Assembly: GCA_030040625.1 (NCBI GenBank)
Contig: JASHTI010000159.1
Location: 1-40,996 of the forward strand
DNA length: 40,996 nt
Source of the DNA: Thermoplasmata archaeon
GTDB lineage: Archaea > Thermoplasmatota > Thermoplasmata > Lutacidiplasmatales > UBA184
Direction: 5' to 3'
Made by a program: the position numbers and the translations under genes. The notes under the pieces were generated by a model, which was given only the letters and a program-made list of their open reading frames with translations, had not been told where the DNA came from and did not search any database. The first letter of the stretch is position 1; each line of letters starts with the position of its first letter. Positions 9,916 to 18,268 of this stretch are shown piece by piece.

Positions 9916-11286
9916 GTGGCCGCGGAGGGAACGCCGAGGTACCGTGCCGTACTTGGCCACGAGTCGGTCCCCGCCTTCGTCCTCGCCGGCGCGCTCCAGT
10001 TCGCGGCGCCCGCCACGGCCCTCGTGATCCTTCTCTTCGCCGTCCCGGGAGCCTACGCGGGGACCGCCCACGCGCGGGACGGGGCGATCGCCCTTGCGCT
10101 GCTCGGCCTCGCCTCCGCCTTGCCGACGCTGGCGAGCGCGTTCTTCTCCGGCCCGCTCGCCGACCGCCACGACCGCCACCTCCTGCTCCGGATCGCCAAT
10201 CTCGTCTCGATCCTCGCGACGGCGGGGCTCGCGCTGGACCTCTACGCCCGCCCGTCCGGCGACCTCCGGCTCCCGCTCGCGCCCTCGTTCTACCTGCCGG
10301 TCTGGCTGGTGCTCGCCTACCCGGCGTGGGCCCTGCTGATCTCCTCGGCCACGATCTTCCGCCCGGCGTACAACGCGTCGATCCCGCGCCTCGTGCCGAC
10401 CGCGGAGCTCGGGGTCGCCAACGGGCTCGTCTACGCGATCGCCGCGGGCACCAGCGCGGCGGCCTCCCTCCTGGTCGGGGTCGTGCTCGACGTCGGGCCC
10501 ACCGTCTACGCCCTCGCGGTCCCGTTCCTCCTCTTCCTCGGGACGCAGGTCGCGCTCGCCGGGGTCCGCGCCGATCTGAGCGCCCCGCGGCCCCGGCCGG
10601 CGCGCCGGATACTTCCGGCCGTCCGGGAGGGGTTCGCCTACCTCTACCGCCGGCGCGACCTGTTCGAGCTGACGATCTGCGCCCTGGTGGTGAACCTCCT
10701 CACGGCGCTGGCGTTCGTCGAGCTCGGCTTCTACGTCCGCTTCTGGCTGGATCTTTCGAACGGGTTCTGGTACGGCGCGATGATCGCCACCTCCACCGCC
10801 GGCGCGGGCGTCGGGATGCTCGCCATCGCCCATGCCCGCTTCGAGCCGCGGGCCGGCCGTGTCGTGATCGCGCTCGTCCTGCTCATGGGCACGACGGTCG
10901 TCGGGCTCGGCTTCGTCCGCACGATCTGGCTCGCGCTGCCGATCGTCTTCGCCTACGGCCTTCTCCCGGGGATGGTCCAGACGGTCTTCCTCTCCAGTGC
11001 GCAGGCCACGGTTCCGAACGAGATCCTCGGGCGCGTCTTCTCCGCCGACGAGGTCGGCAGCTACGCGCTCGTGCCCGTCGGCCAGGCGACCGGCGGGGCG
11101 CTCACCTACGCGATCGGCGTCCAGGGGACGTACCTGACCGCCGGTTTCTCGATCGTCGGCCTCGGGCTCGTGATGGCGACGGGGTTCGGTGCCCTCAAGG
11201 AGCTGGGCTTCGAGCCGGAGGCGCCCCCGGCGCCGGCGGCCGCCGCGCCGACCCCGCCCCCGGTGCCGCGTCGGCCGTCGGACTGA
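9916..11286 (+). CDS. MFS-type transporter (about 456 aa)
   Basis: 12-TM pattern. The track ORF starts at 9685 inside pelota, so I trimmed it to an in-frame GTG at 9916. The exact start is uncertain. Confidence 0.7.
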   Translation: MAAEGTPRYRAVLGHESVPAFVLAGALQFAAPATALVILLFAVPGAYAGTAHARDGAIALALLGLASALPTLASAFFSGPLADRHDRHLLLRIANLVSILATAGLALDLYARPSGDLRLPLAPSFYLPVWLVLAYPAWALLISSATIFRPAYNASIPRLVPTAELGVANGLVYAIAAGTSAAASLLVGVVLDVGPTVYALAVPFLLFLGTQVALAGVRADLSAPRPRPARRILPAVREGFAYLYRRRDLFELTICALVVNLLTALAFVELGFYVRFWLDLSNGFWYGAMIATSTAGAGVGMLAIAHARFEPRAGRVVIALVLLMGTTVVGLGFVRTIWLALPIVFAYGLLPGMVQTVFLSSAQATVPNEILGRVFSADEVGSYALVPVGQATGGALTYAIGVQGTYLTAGFSIVGLGLVMATGFGALKELGFEPEAPPAPAAAAPTPPPVPRRPSD

Positions 11287-12217
11287 CCGGGATGCGCTCG
11301 GCCCGGTACCAGTCCTGGCTCGGGCCGAGCGTGCGGACGAACCCGAGCCGCTCGTAGAGGCGGACCGCCCGTCGGTTCCCTTCCGTCACGTTCAGGTAGA
11401 TCGGCCCGTCGCCGTGCGCGCGCAGCCCCTCGATCGACTCGGTGAGGAGGCGGGCGCCGATCCCGCGTCCCTGCGCCTCGGGGTCGACCATCACCTGGGC
11501 GATCAGGACCCCCTCGGCGCCGCGCACCGTGAGGACGGCGCCGCCCAGTCGGCCGTCCGGGAGCGCGACCCGCGAGCCGTCCGCGACGAACGCCCCCCAG
11601 CGACCCTCGAGGATCTGTCGGACCTCCCGGCGGGAATCCTCGACGCGGTCCTCCTGCTCGAGGAAGAGGTAACCGTCGAAGTGGTCCCGGTAGGTCCGGT
11701 GGTGCAGCGCGCCCAGCTCGGCGCGGTCCTCCGGGCGGACCGGCCGCGTCTCCACGCCGGGCGGCGCCGGACGCCGGCCGAGCTTGGCCGACGGGTCGAG
11801 CGTCATCTCGCTACGCGCGAACGGTCGGAAGCCGCGGGCTTCGAGGAGCTGGCGCTCCTCGCCGAGGGAGAGGCCCGGAACCGGGCCGTAGAGGAACAGC
11901 GCCGGCCCGATCTCCCGCTCGGCGCGGTCCAGTAGCTCCCCGTACCCCGCGACCGAGGCGTGCGGAGGCTCCAGCACCAGGAGGTCGACGGTCGGCCCGA
12001 GCGGGTTGCCGGAGCTCCAGCCGACCAGTCCGACCGGACGCCCTTCGGCGAAGTAGAGTCGCATCGGACGGTTGGTCGATCCGAGCTGCTCCTGCAGGAG
12101 CGCACGGCGCGACTCCGGCACCCCGTAGTTCGCCAGCCGGTTCGTGACGACCCTCTGCAGGAGCCGGCGGCACGCCTCCGGGTCCCGGTCCACGGGCTGG
12201 AGCTGGGGGTACGCCAC
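11195..12217 (-). CDS. tandem-GNAT N-acetyltransferase (340 aa)
   Basis: The C-terminal half carries the acetyl-CoA motif (VDPEAQGRGIGARLL ... RAVRLYERLGF). The N-terminal half is a second, degenerate GNAT fold. The Pro/Ala-rich tail overlaps the MFS gene by 92 nt. Confidence 0.8.
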   Translation of the reverse strand: MAYPQLQPVDRDPEACRRLLQRVVTNRLANYGVPESRRALLQEQLGSTNRPMRLYFAEGRPVGLVGWSSGNPLGPTVDLLVLEPPHASVAGYGELLDRAEREIGPALFLYGPVPGLSLGEERQLLEARGFRPFARSEMTLDPSAKLGRRPAPPGVETRPVRPEDRAELGALHHRTYRDHFDGYLFLEQEDRVEDSRREVRQILEGRWGAFVADGSRVALPDGRLGGAVLTVRGAEGVLIAQVMVDPEAQGRGIGARLLTESIEGLRAHGDGPIYLNVTEGNRRAVRLYERLGFVRTLGPSQDWYRAERIPVSPTADAAPGAGSARRPPAPGAPPARSPAP

Positions 12218-12320
12218 GGACGGTCACCGCGGGGCCTCAGATAACGACCCAGCGTGTCGCGGCCGACCCCGCAGCGCTTGATAGGACGCGTGACGTCGAC
12301 CGGTGCGGAGGTACGGTTCG

Positions 12321-13952
12321 ATGGCATCGTTGGCGGAGCTGGCAGGTCGGCTGGGCCTCGGCCCGGAGGAGTACGCCGCAGCGGGAGCGGGGGCGGCGAA
12401 GGTCGCGGTCCGATCGGTTCGTGAGCGCGCGGCCTCCGGCCGGCGCGGCAAACTGGTCCTGGTGACCGCGATGACCCCGACGCGCCACGGCGAGGGGAAG
12501 ACCGTGACCACGATCGGGCTGGCCGATGGCCTCAGCCGGTGCGGGGTCCGCTCGACCGCCTGCCTGCGACAACCGTCCCTCGGTCCGGTCTTCGGGATCA
12601 AGGGCGGCGCGACCGGTGGAGGGCGGGCGACGGTCGAGCCCGCGACCGAGATCAACCTAGGGTTCACCGGCGACATCTACGCCGTGGGGGCCGCCCACAA
12701 TCTCCTGGCGGCGCTCGCCGACAACCACCTCTTCCACGGCAACCCGCTCGGGCTGGATCCGAGCCGCTACCTCTGGAACCGCACGCTGGATGCCGAGGAC
12801 CGGGCGCTGCGGCACCTCCTGATCGGCGACGGCGTGCCGAAGCAGGTCCCCTACCGGAGCTCCTTCCTGATCACCGCCGCCTCCGAGGTGATGGCGATCC
12901 TGGCCCTGGCGCGCGACTACGACGATCTCCGGACCCGCCTCGGGCGGATCCTGGTCGGCTACGGTCGGGAGGACCGACCGATCCGGGCGAAGGAGCTCGG
13001 CGCGTCCGGGGCGATGGCGGCGCTCCTGCGACACGCGCTCGAGCCGAACCTCGTCCAGACCGCGGGGGGAACGCCCGCTCTCGTCCACGCCGGTCCGTTC
13101 GGGAACCTCGCGCACGGCACCTGCAGTCGCTTGGCGATCGAGCTCGGGCTCGCGACCAGCGACTACGCGGTCGTCGAGGCGGGGTTCGCCACGGAGCTCG
13201 GCGCCGAGAAGTTCGTGGACATCGTCACGCCGGCGATCGGCGTCGATGTCGACGCGGCCGTGCTCGTCGTCACCCAGCGGGGGCTGCGCGTCCAGGGCGG
13301 CGCTTCCGACGTCGAGTCGGCCCATCCGGCCCCCGAGGCGCTGCGCCGGGGGCTCGAGAACCTGGAGAAGCACCTGGAGAACCTGGAGGCCCTCGGGGCG
13401 GCGACGACCGTCGCCTTGAACCGGTTCCCGGGCGACTCGACCGAGGAGTCCGAGGCCGTCCGTGGGCTGTGCTCCCGCCGGGGCGTCGTCGCCGTGGATG
13501 CCCGGGGCTTTGGCGAGGGAGGCGCCGGCATGGAGGAGCTCGCCCGGGCGGTGATGCGGTCCGCGGCGGAGGGCCGGCGCACCCGGCCGCTGTATCCGCC
13601 CGGCACCCCGCTGGTGCGGCAGGTCGAGATCGTCGCCACGCGCCTCTACGGGGCGGACGGCGCCGATGAGCGGCCCGAGGCGGTCGAGGGTCGGACTCAC
13701 CTCGAGTCGATCGGGGAGGCCGAGGGGCCGGTCTGCCTCGCCAAGACGCCCCTCTCGCTCTCCGACGACCCCAAGCGGCTCAATCGCCCCCGAGATTTCC
13801 GCGTCGCCGTGCACCGGTACTCGCGTTCGGCCGGCGCCGGGTTCACCGTCGCCTACCTCGGCGACATCGAGACGATGCCGGGCCTCCCGACGCGGCCCGC
13901 CGCTGAGGCGATCGACCTGACGGCCGAGGGAGCGGTCACCGGCGCGTACTAG
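12321..13952 (+). CDS. fhs: formate--tetrahydrofolate ligase (about 543 aa)
   Basis: TPTRHGEGKTVTTIGL, LRQPSLGPVFGIKGGATGGG and a conserved C-terminal FTHFS pattern. I prefer the ATG at 12321 because GGAGG lies 8 nt upstream; the track starts at GTG 12303. Confidence 0.92.
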   Translation: MASLAELAGRLGLGPEEYAAAGAGAAKVAVRSVRERAASGRRGKLVLVTAMTPTRHGEGKTVTTIGLADGLSRCGVRSTACLRQPSLGPVFGIKGGATGGGRATVEPATEINLGFTGDIYAVGAAHNLLAALADNHLFHGNPLGLDPSRYLWNRTLDAEDRALRHLLIGDGVPKQVPYRSSFLITAASEVMAILALARDYDDLRTRLGRILVGYGREDRPIRAKELGASGAMAALLRHALEPNLVQTAGGTPALVHAGPFGNLAHGTCSRLAIELGLATSDYAVVEAGFATELGAEKFVDIVTPAIGVDVDAAVLVVTQRGLRVQGGASDVESAHPAPEALRRGLENLEKHLENLEALGAATTVALNRFPGDSTEESEAVRGLCSRRGVVAVDARGFGEGGAGMEELARAVMRSAAEGRRTRPLYPPGTPLVRQVEIVATRLYGADGADERPEAVEGRTHLESIGEAEGPVCLAKTPLSLSDDPKRLNRPRDFRVAVHRYSRSAGAGFTVAYLGDIETMPGLPTRPAAEAIDLTAEGAVTGAY

Positions 13953-14095
13953 GGCGGTCGCCGCCGCGACCCGGACCGGACGCCCCCCCCGGCGGACGCT
14001 CGGGGGACCGCCGCCGGCGGGGAATGCTAAAGGGCCGAGCTTGGCTACGCACCGGCCGGCGTTTCGAGGGGCGCGTGAGCCAGCCGCGGGCGTTC

Positions 14096-15076
14096 ATGGA
14101 TGGTCCCGACAACGACCGCGTCGAGGGCTCTCCTCGACCTCGGCGGCACCGTTTCGCGCGCGGGAAGGCACCGAACCCCCTGCTCCCGGTACTGGTCGGT
14201 GCGGCGGTCGCGGGGCTGGTGGTGTTCGGGGCCGGTCCGGGCGGCTTCCTGCTGCCCCGGGCGACGAGCTGCACCCTCGGGGTCCTCGTCGGGACCTACG
14301 AGATCTACACCGTCCTGACCCCGATGAACAAGCCCACGGGCGTCGACGTCGGCACCGTAGCCGCGACCGGCGGACTCAACTTCACGTTCACCTCGGGGTC
14401 GCTGACCGTCGGCGGTCTGAGAATCGGACCCGGCACGGCCGGGTGGGGGGATTATAGCCCCCATGGCGGCATCTCGGCGATGGGCGCCGAGGAGAACTGG
14501 TCCGTCTACGCGGTCCGGAACACCACTCGGCTCGGCGGGATCGCCGCGCCCTGCACGCAGGCGTACGTCGCCGAGATCACGCCCGGTTCCATTCCCACAT
14601 GCTCGGGGTTTCTGACCCTCCCGCTGGCGGACAACGACTCCGATACGATGGAACCGCACGTCTGGGATGGGACCGGGAACGACACAGGAGCCGGCAATGG
14701 AACCTACTGGTGGGGCTACGGATGCTCCGCGGCCACTCCCGGCGCCCGCTACTGGTTCGACACTTCGTTCCACACCGGTTCGGCCGCTTCGGCGCCCGCC
14801 GTGACCTGGAACCTCTGCGGGCATCCGGGTCGCTATCCGCTCGTCGTCTCGGGCCCGGTCCGCGTCCCGATCGTGGTCACGGTTCCCTCTTCGGGAGGTC
14901 CCCTCTCCGCTCACGGCTTCATGAGCTGGGATGCGGGCCCGGGATCGTCGACGGCGAACTACTCGTTGCCCGGGGGGTGGATCTGGCAGTTGGCGCCGGT
15001 CGGGCCGGTGTCGACCCCCTGGAACCTGCCGGGTCCGCTATCCGCTACGGTGGCGTTCGAAAGGGCGAGCTGCTAG
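14096..15076 (+). CDS. hypothetical membrane-anchored / secreted Cys- and Gly-rich protein (about 326 aa)
   Basis: An N-terminal basic stretch plus one TM helix (LLPVLVGAAVAGLVVFGAG) is followed by a Thr/Gly/Trp-rich ectodomain with several N-x-S/T sequons and paired cysteines. No family recognised. The start could be either 14024 or 14096. Confidence 0.55.
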   Translation: MDGPDNDRVEGSPRPRRHRFARGKAPNPLLPVLVGAAVAGLVVFGAGPGGFLLPRATSCTLGVLVGTYEIYTVLTPMNKPTGVDVGTVAATGGLNFTFTSGSLTVGGLRIGPGTAGWGDYSPHGGISAMGAEENWSVYAVRNTTRLGGIAAPCTQAYVAEITPGSIPTCSGFLTLPLADNDSDTMEPHVWDGTGNDTGAGNGTYWWGYGCSAATPGARYWFDTSFHTGSAASAPAVTWNLCGHPGRYPLVVSGPVRVPIVVTVPSSGGPLSAHGFMSWDAGPGSSTANYSLPGGWIWQLAPVGPVSTPWNLPGPLSATVAFERASC

Positions 15077-15448
15077 CCCCTGGCGCACGCCGCAGGAGCG
15101 GGTCCGGCGGACCCCGCTCGTCCGACGCTCGGGTCCCGGGTCCGGCGGGGGACCAGCGCCTCGGGTCCCGTACTAGTCCGGGCCATGCGGGCCCGGGCTC
15201 GACCCGGATGCCCCTCATGTACCGGCTCGACTTCGCTGTTCCGGTCCGCAAGGATCGCCGGGCAGGACCCGGAACGGAGTAGCCCCTGTCCGGCGCACAC
15301 CACATCCAGCGGTGCGCGCGGCGCTCCGTCTCCCCCTGCCCGCGCTAGGCGCGTCCAAGAACGAGTCCTTCACGTCCCGACTTTGGACGGCCACGACGGT
15401 CGGACGCCGAGGTCCCGAATCCTGAACAGAACCAGCGCCTCGCCGGGT

Positions 15449-15456
15449 CTATATAC
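15449..15456 (+). promoter_or_regulatory. TATA-box-like element upstream of the RHH-ftsZ-like operon
   Basis: CTATATAC sits in the only AT-rich island of a 430-nt intergenic region, about 55 nt upstream of the ATG at 15511. Confidence 0.5.
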
Positions 15457-15476
15457 CGGAGAAGCGATATGTCATC

Positions 15477-15506
15477 TGTCAGACAAAACTGACCATATTG
15501 TCTGAC
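15477..15506. promoter_or_regulatory. putative operator: two TGTCnGAC palindromes 22 bp apart, also readable as a perfect 9-bp inverted repeat GTCAGACAA/TTGTCTGAC
   Basis: Read directly: TGTCAGACA at 15477-15485 and TGTCTGAC at 15499-15506. They lie between the TATA-like box and the start codon of an RHH DNA-binding protein. Confidence 0.5.
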
Positions 15507-15510
15507 GGCC

Positions 15511-15876
15511 ATGGTCGATACCTCCGAGCGCGTGACCGTCCGCATCCCCGAGGAGCTCCTGGAGAAGCTCAAGCGGATCCAGGGCGAGCGCAGCACGGGC
15601 ACGATCTCGGACACGATCCGCGAGGGGCTCGAGCAGTACGTCGAGCTCCACCTGCCGCCGCACCACATCCGCAAGGTCGTCGTCGAGCTCTCGCGGCGGG
15701 ACAACAGCCGACTCGAGGAGTTCGTGCGCGAGGGCAACTCGGTGAGCGTGGACGACGCGGTCCGCTCGGCGGTCCGCGAGTACATCCGGAGTCGAATCGA
15801 TCAGCTCGGTCCCTCCTCCCGCCTGCACCGGCGCGAAGCGGACCCGGTCGCGGCGGAGGGCACCCCCCCGCCGTAG
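15511..15876 (+). CDS. tandem ribbon-helix-helix (CopG/Arc/MetJ-type) DNA-binding protein (121 aa), CdrS/CdrL-like by context
   Basis: Two consecutive beta-strand/helix/G-x-S-T turn/helix units: RVTVRIPEELLEKLKRIQGERSTGTISDTIREGLEQYV and KVVVELSRRDNSRLEEFVREGNSVSVDDAVRSAVREYI. The stop lies 13 nt upstream of an FtsZ-family gene. Confidence 0.7.
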   Translation: MVDTSERVTVRIPEELLEKLKRIQGERSTGTISDTIREGLEQYVELHLPPHHIRKVVVELSRRDNSRLEEFVREGNSVSVDDAVRSAVREYIRSRIDQLGPSSRLHRREADPVAAEGTPPP

Positions 15877-15889
15877 GGTCGCCACAACG

Positions 15890-16918
15890 ATGGACGACGA
15901 CGGCGGGTCGGCGGAGACGCTCAACGCCTTCGCCCTGTCGCCGTCGATCGCCGTCGTCGGGCTCGGCGGCGCCGGCAGCGAGGCGGTCCAGGACCTGGTC
16001 ACGCTCGGCCTTCCCGGAGCGCGCGCGATCGCGGTGAACACCGACGCGATGCACCTGCAACGGGTCGGGGTCGAGGAGCGGATCCTGCTCGGGCGGCGCG
16101 AGCTGCGAGGCCGAGGCAGCGGCGGCGACCGCGAGGCCGTTCTGCGGGCCGCGGAGGAGAGCCGCGAGGAGATCCTCCGCCGACTGGCCCGGTTCGAGCT
16201 CGTCTTCCTGCTCGCCGGTCTCGGAGGCGGGACCGGCAGCGCGCTCCTGCCGTTCCTCTCGCGAGAACTACGGAGCACCGCCACGCTCCCGGTGCCGGTC
16301 GTCTTCCTGCCGTTCCACCTCGAGCTCGAGGCGAACCCGACTCGGACGGAGAACGTGGAGCGGACGATCGGCGAGCTCGAGGAGCTCGGCGGCCTGCTCC
16401 TGGCGCTCGCCAACGAGAAGCTCCGGCGGTTCGACTCGCTCTCGATCCACCGGGCCTTCGGGGTCCGGAACGCCTACCTCCACGGGCTGGTCGCGAGCCT
16501 CGTCGACATGGTCGACCACCCCTCGCAGCTGAACGTCGATCTCGCCAGCCTGAAGAACCACCTGCGGCAGTCCGGCCTCTCGACGCTCGTCATCGGTGAG
16601 GAACACATCAGCGAGCCCGGGCGCCTGGTCCACCAGGCGCTCGCCGACTCTCTGCTCGACTTCCGCCTGCCGGAGCACCCCTCGGCCCTCGTCCACCTGG
16701 AGGGCGGGACGAACCTCACGCTGCAGACGCTTGACGCCGTCTGGCGCGAGGTTCGGGAGCGGTTCCGCGAGCCCGGTCGCCTCGTCTTCGGCACCCGGAT
16801 CCGACCCGAGCCGCGCGAGGTGATCCGTCTCACCGCGGTGCTCGGCGGCCTCCGACCCCGGACCGTCCGGGAGGCGCTGCGACCGTCGTCGGATCGGCAG
16901 CCTCTGGCCGCGACCTAG
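15890..16918 (+). CDS. divergent FtsZ/tubulin-family GTPase paralog (342 aa)
   Basis: Alignable by eye with FtsZ: IAVVGLGGAGSEAV (G1), AVNTDAMHL, GRGSGGD..AVLRAAEESREEI (T3), LLAGLGGGTGSA (tubulin signature), NVDLASLKNHL (T7). The C-terminal tail is short. Confidence 0.8.
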   Translation: MDDDGGSAETLNAFALSPSIAVVGLGGAGSEAVQDLVTLGLPGARAIAVNTDAMHLQRVGVEERILLGRRELRGRGSGGDREAVLRAAEESREEILRRLARFELVFLLAGLGGGTGSALLPFLSRELRSTATLPVPVVFLPFHLELEANPTRTENVERTIGELEELGGLLLALANEKLRRFDSLSIHRAFGVRNAYLHGLVASLVDMVDHPSQLNVDLASLKNHLRQSGLSTLVIGEEHISEPGRLVHQALADSLLDFRLPEHPSALVHLEGGTNLTLQTLDAVWREVRERFREPGRLVFGTRIRPEPREVIRLTAVLGGLRPRTVREALRPSSDRQPLAAT

Positions 16919-17541
16919 CGCCCGCCGCGGCCGTCCTTCTCGCCGGCCTCCCGAAGGTCGAGCTCGCGCTGCACCGCATCGATCACCTGACTGGTCCGCA
17001 GGGAGCGGGGGCCCACCGAGAGCCGGGGGACCCCGCTTTCCCCGAGCAGGCGGGCCTCCTCCCCTTCCGGCTCGAACGGGTCGGAGAGGAACCCGCGGAA
17101 CTCCGAGGGGGAGATCGGGTGCCCTCCGATCGGGGAGCCCACCTCGGTCAGCCAGACGGCTCCCGGTTCGCGGAGGAATCCGGCGACGATCGCGAGAGGG
17201 TCGGCCGGGCCGACCTTGAGCCCCGGGGACGCCTCGAAGTCCGAGGGGTAGCGCGCCGCCCCGACCAGCGCGTTCTTCAGCAGGGCCGCCGTCGAACGCT
17301 CGTCCGGATACAGGTGGCGCAGACGGGCCCCGCTGAGCTCGATCCGACGCGCGTTCGGAGGCGGCTCGGCCGCGAAGACGACCGTCATCTCGGTGTCGCG
17401 GCGGAGGTCGTTCGACAGGGTGAAGGCCGTCGAGACGCTCCGGGCGATCTCGTCCATCCGGCCCGCCCCGCCGGCGAGGTCGTTGAGGGTGAACGCCCCG
17501 CTGGGGGGGACCCGGTGGGCGACCAGCAGGAACCGGCGCAC
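16915..17541 (-). CDS. trmY: tRNA (pseudouridine54-N1)-methyltransferase TrmY (SPOUT, DUF358; 208 aa, GTG start)
   Basis: MRRFLLVAH......F.LNDLAG.AGRMDEIARSV..AF..S...RRD....VVF...PP matches the TrmY family pattern. Its stop codon shares the CTAG tetranucleotide with the ftsZ-like stop. Confidence 0.75.
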   Translation of the reverse strand: MRRFLLVAHRVPPSGAFTLNDLAGGAGRMDEIARSVSTAFTLSNDLRRDTEMTVVFAAEPPPNARRIELSGARLRHLYPDERSTAALLKNALVGAARYPSDFEASPGLKVGPADPLAIVAGFLREPGAVWLTEVGSPIGGHPISPSEFRGFLSDPFEPEGEEARLLGESGVPRLSVGPRSLRTSQVIDAVQRELDLREAGEKDGRGGR

Positions 17542-17584
17542 GGCCGGCCGAGCCGGGCGGGGGGTTAACCCCGCCGGGGGGCGC

Positions 17585-18244
17585 CTACGCCCCGGTCGGG
17601 CCCCGGCGCGGCCTCGAACCGGCCGCCGGCGTAATCGTGGGCCCCTGGCGCCGCTCCAGCCAGATCTCGTCCGCGAGCTCGTGGTAGACGGCGTGGGCGG
17701 CGAGACCCGTGCCGTGCTCGCCGTGCGGGAGGCGGAACGCTCCGGACCGCTGCGCGTTGGGCGAGAAGATGACCTCCTGCTCGCCGGCGGCGGCCATCGC
17801 GTCGGACTCCTGCCGGGCCAGCTCGAAGATGCGGTCCTTGCGGAACATCCAGTAGTGGATCCGCCACTCGCGACCGTCGTAGAGGGTCGTCTCGTCCCGC
17901 TCGGTCTCGAGGATGCCCGTGTCCTCGAGCATGTAGAACGTGTCGCGGTCGTCCGGCTCCAGGACGTTGTCGATGATCCGCTCGTTGAAGCCGAAGAAGT
18001 TCAGCACGTGGGCGGCGATCGACCGGGCGTCCTCCGGACGCATCCCGTCATGGCCGACCGACCGACGGATCGCCTTCGCGAGCGAATCGAAGTCGACCGG
18101 ACCGCTCGGCAGCGCGAGCGCCTCGTCCTCCGGGATGCCCGCGCGGGTCGTTCGAATGTCGGCCTCCGATCGCAGCGGAAGCGGATTCCTCAGCTTGTAA
18201 CCCGGGCCTTCCGGCCGGGTCGGGCGCCCCCCCGTGCCCACCAT
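17585..18244 (-). CDS. conserved-looking hypothetical protein (about 219 aa)
   Basis: Globular core (VLNFFGFNERIIDNVLEPDDRDTFYMLEDTGILE...LYDGREWRIHYW) with good coding character. I prefer the ATG at 18244 because TATATATA lies 25-33 nt upstream; the track starts at GTG 18268, inside that TATA region. Confidence 0.6.
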   Translation of the reverse strand: MVGTGGRPTRPEGPGYKLRNPLPLRSEADIRTTRAGIPEDEALALPSGPVDFDSLAKAIRRSVGHDGMRPEDARSIAAHVLNFFGFNERIIDNVLEPDDRDTFYMLEDTGILETERDETTLYDGREWRIHYWMFRKDRIFELARQESDAMAAAGEQEVIFSPNAQRSGAFRLPHGEHGTGLAAHAVYHELADEIWLERRQGPTITPAAGSRPRRGPTGA

Positions 18245-18268
18245 GCGGCCAAGTATCTCGATGGTCAC

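Noticed and set aside
8688-10016. The long form of the Pelota ORF, and the 9685 start of the neighbouring MFS ORF. Together they would give a ~330-nt divergent overlap.
   Set aside because: The Pelota N-terminal homology starts at the GTG at 9806, and the MFS hydrophobic core starts after the GTG at 9916. The extra N-terminal residues of both are low-complexity. Trimming leaves a normal ~110-nt divergent promoter region.
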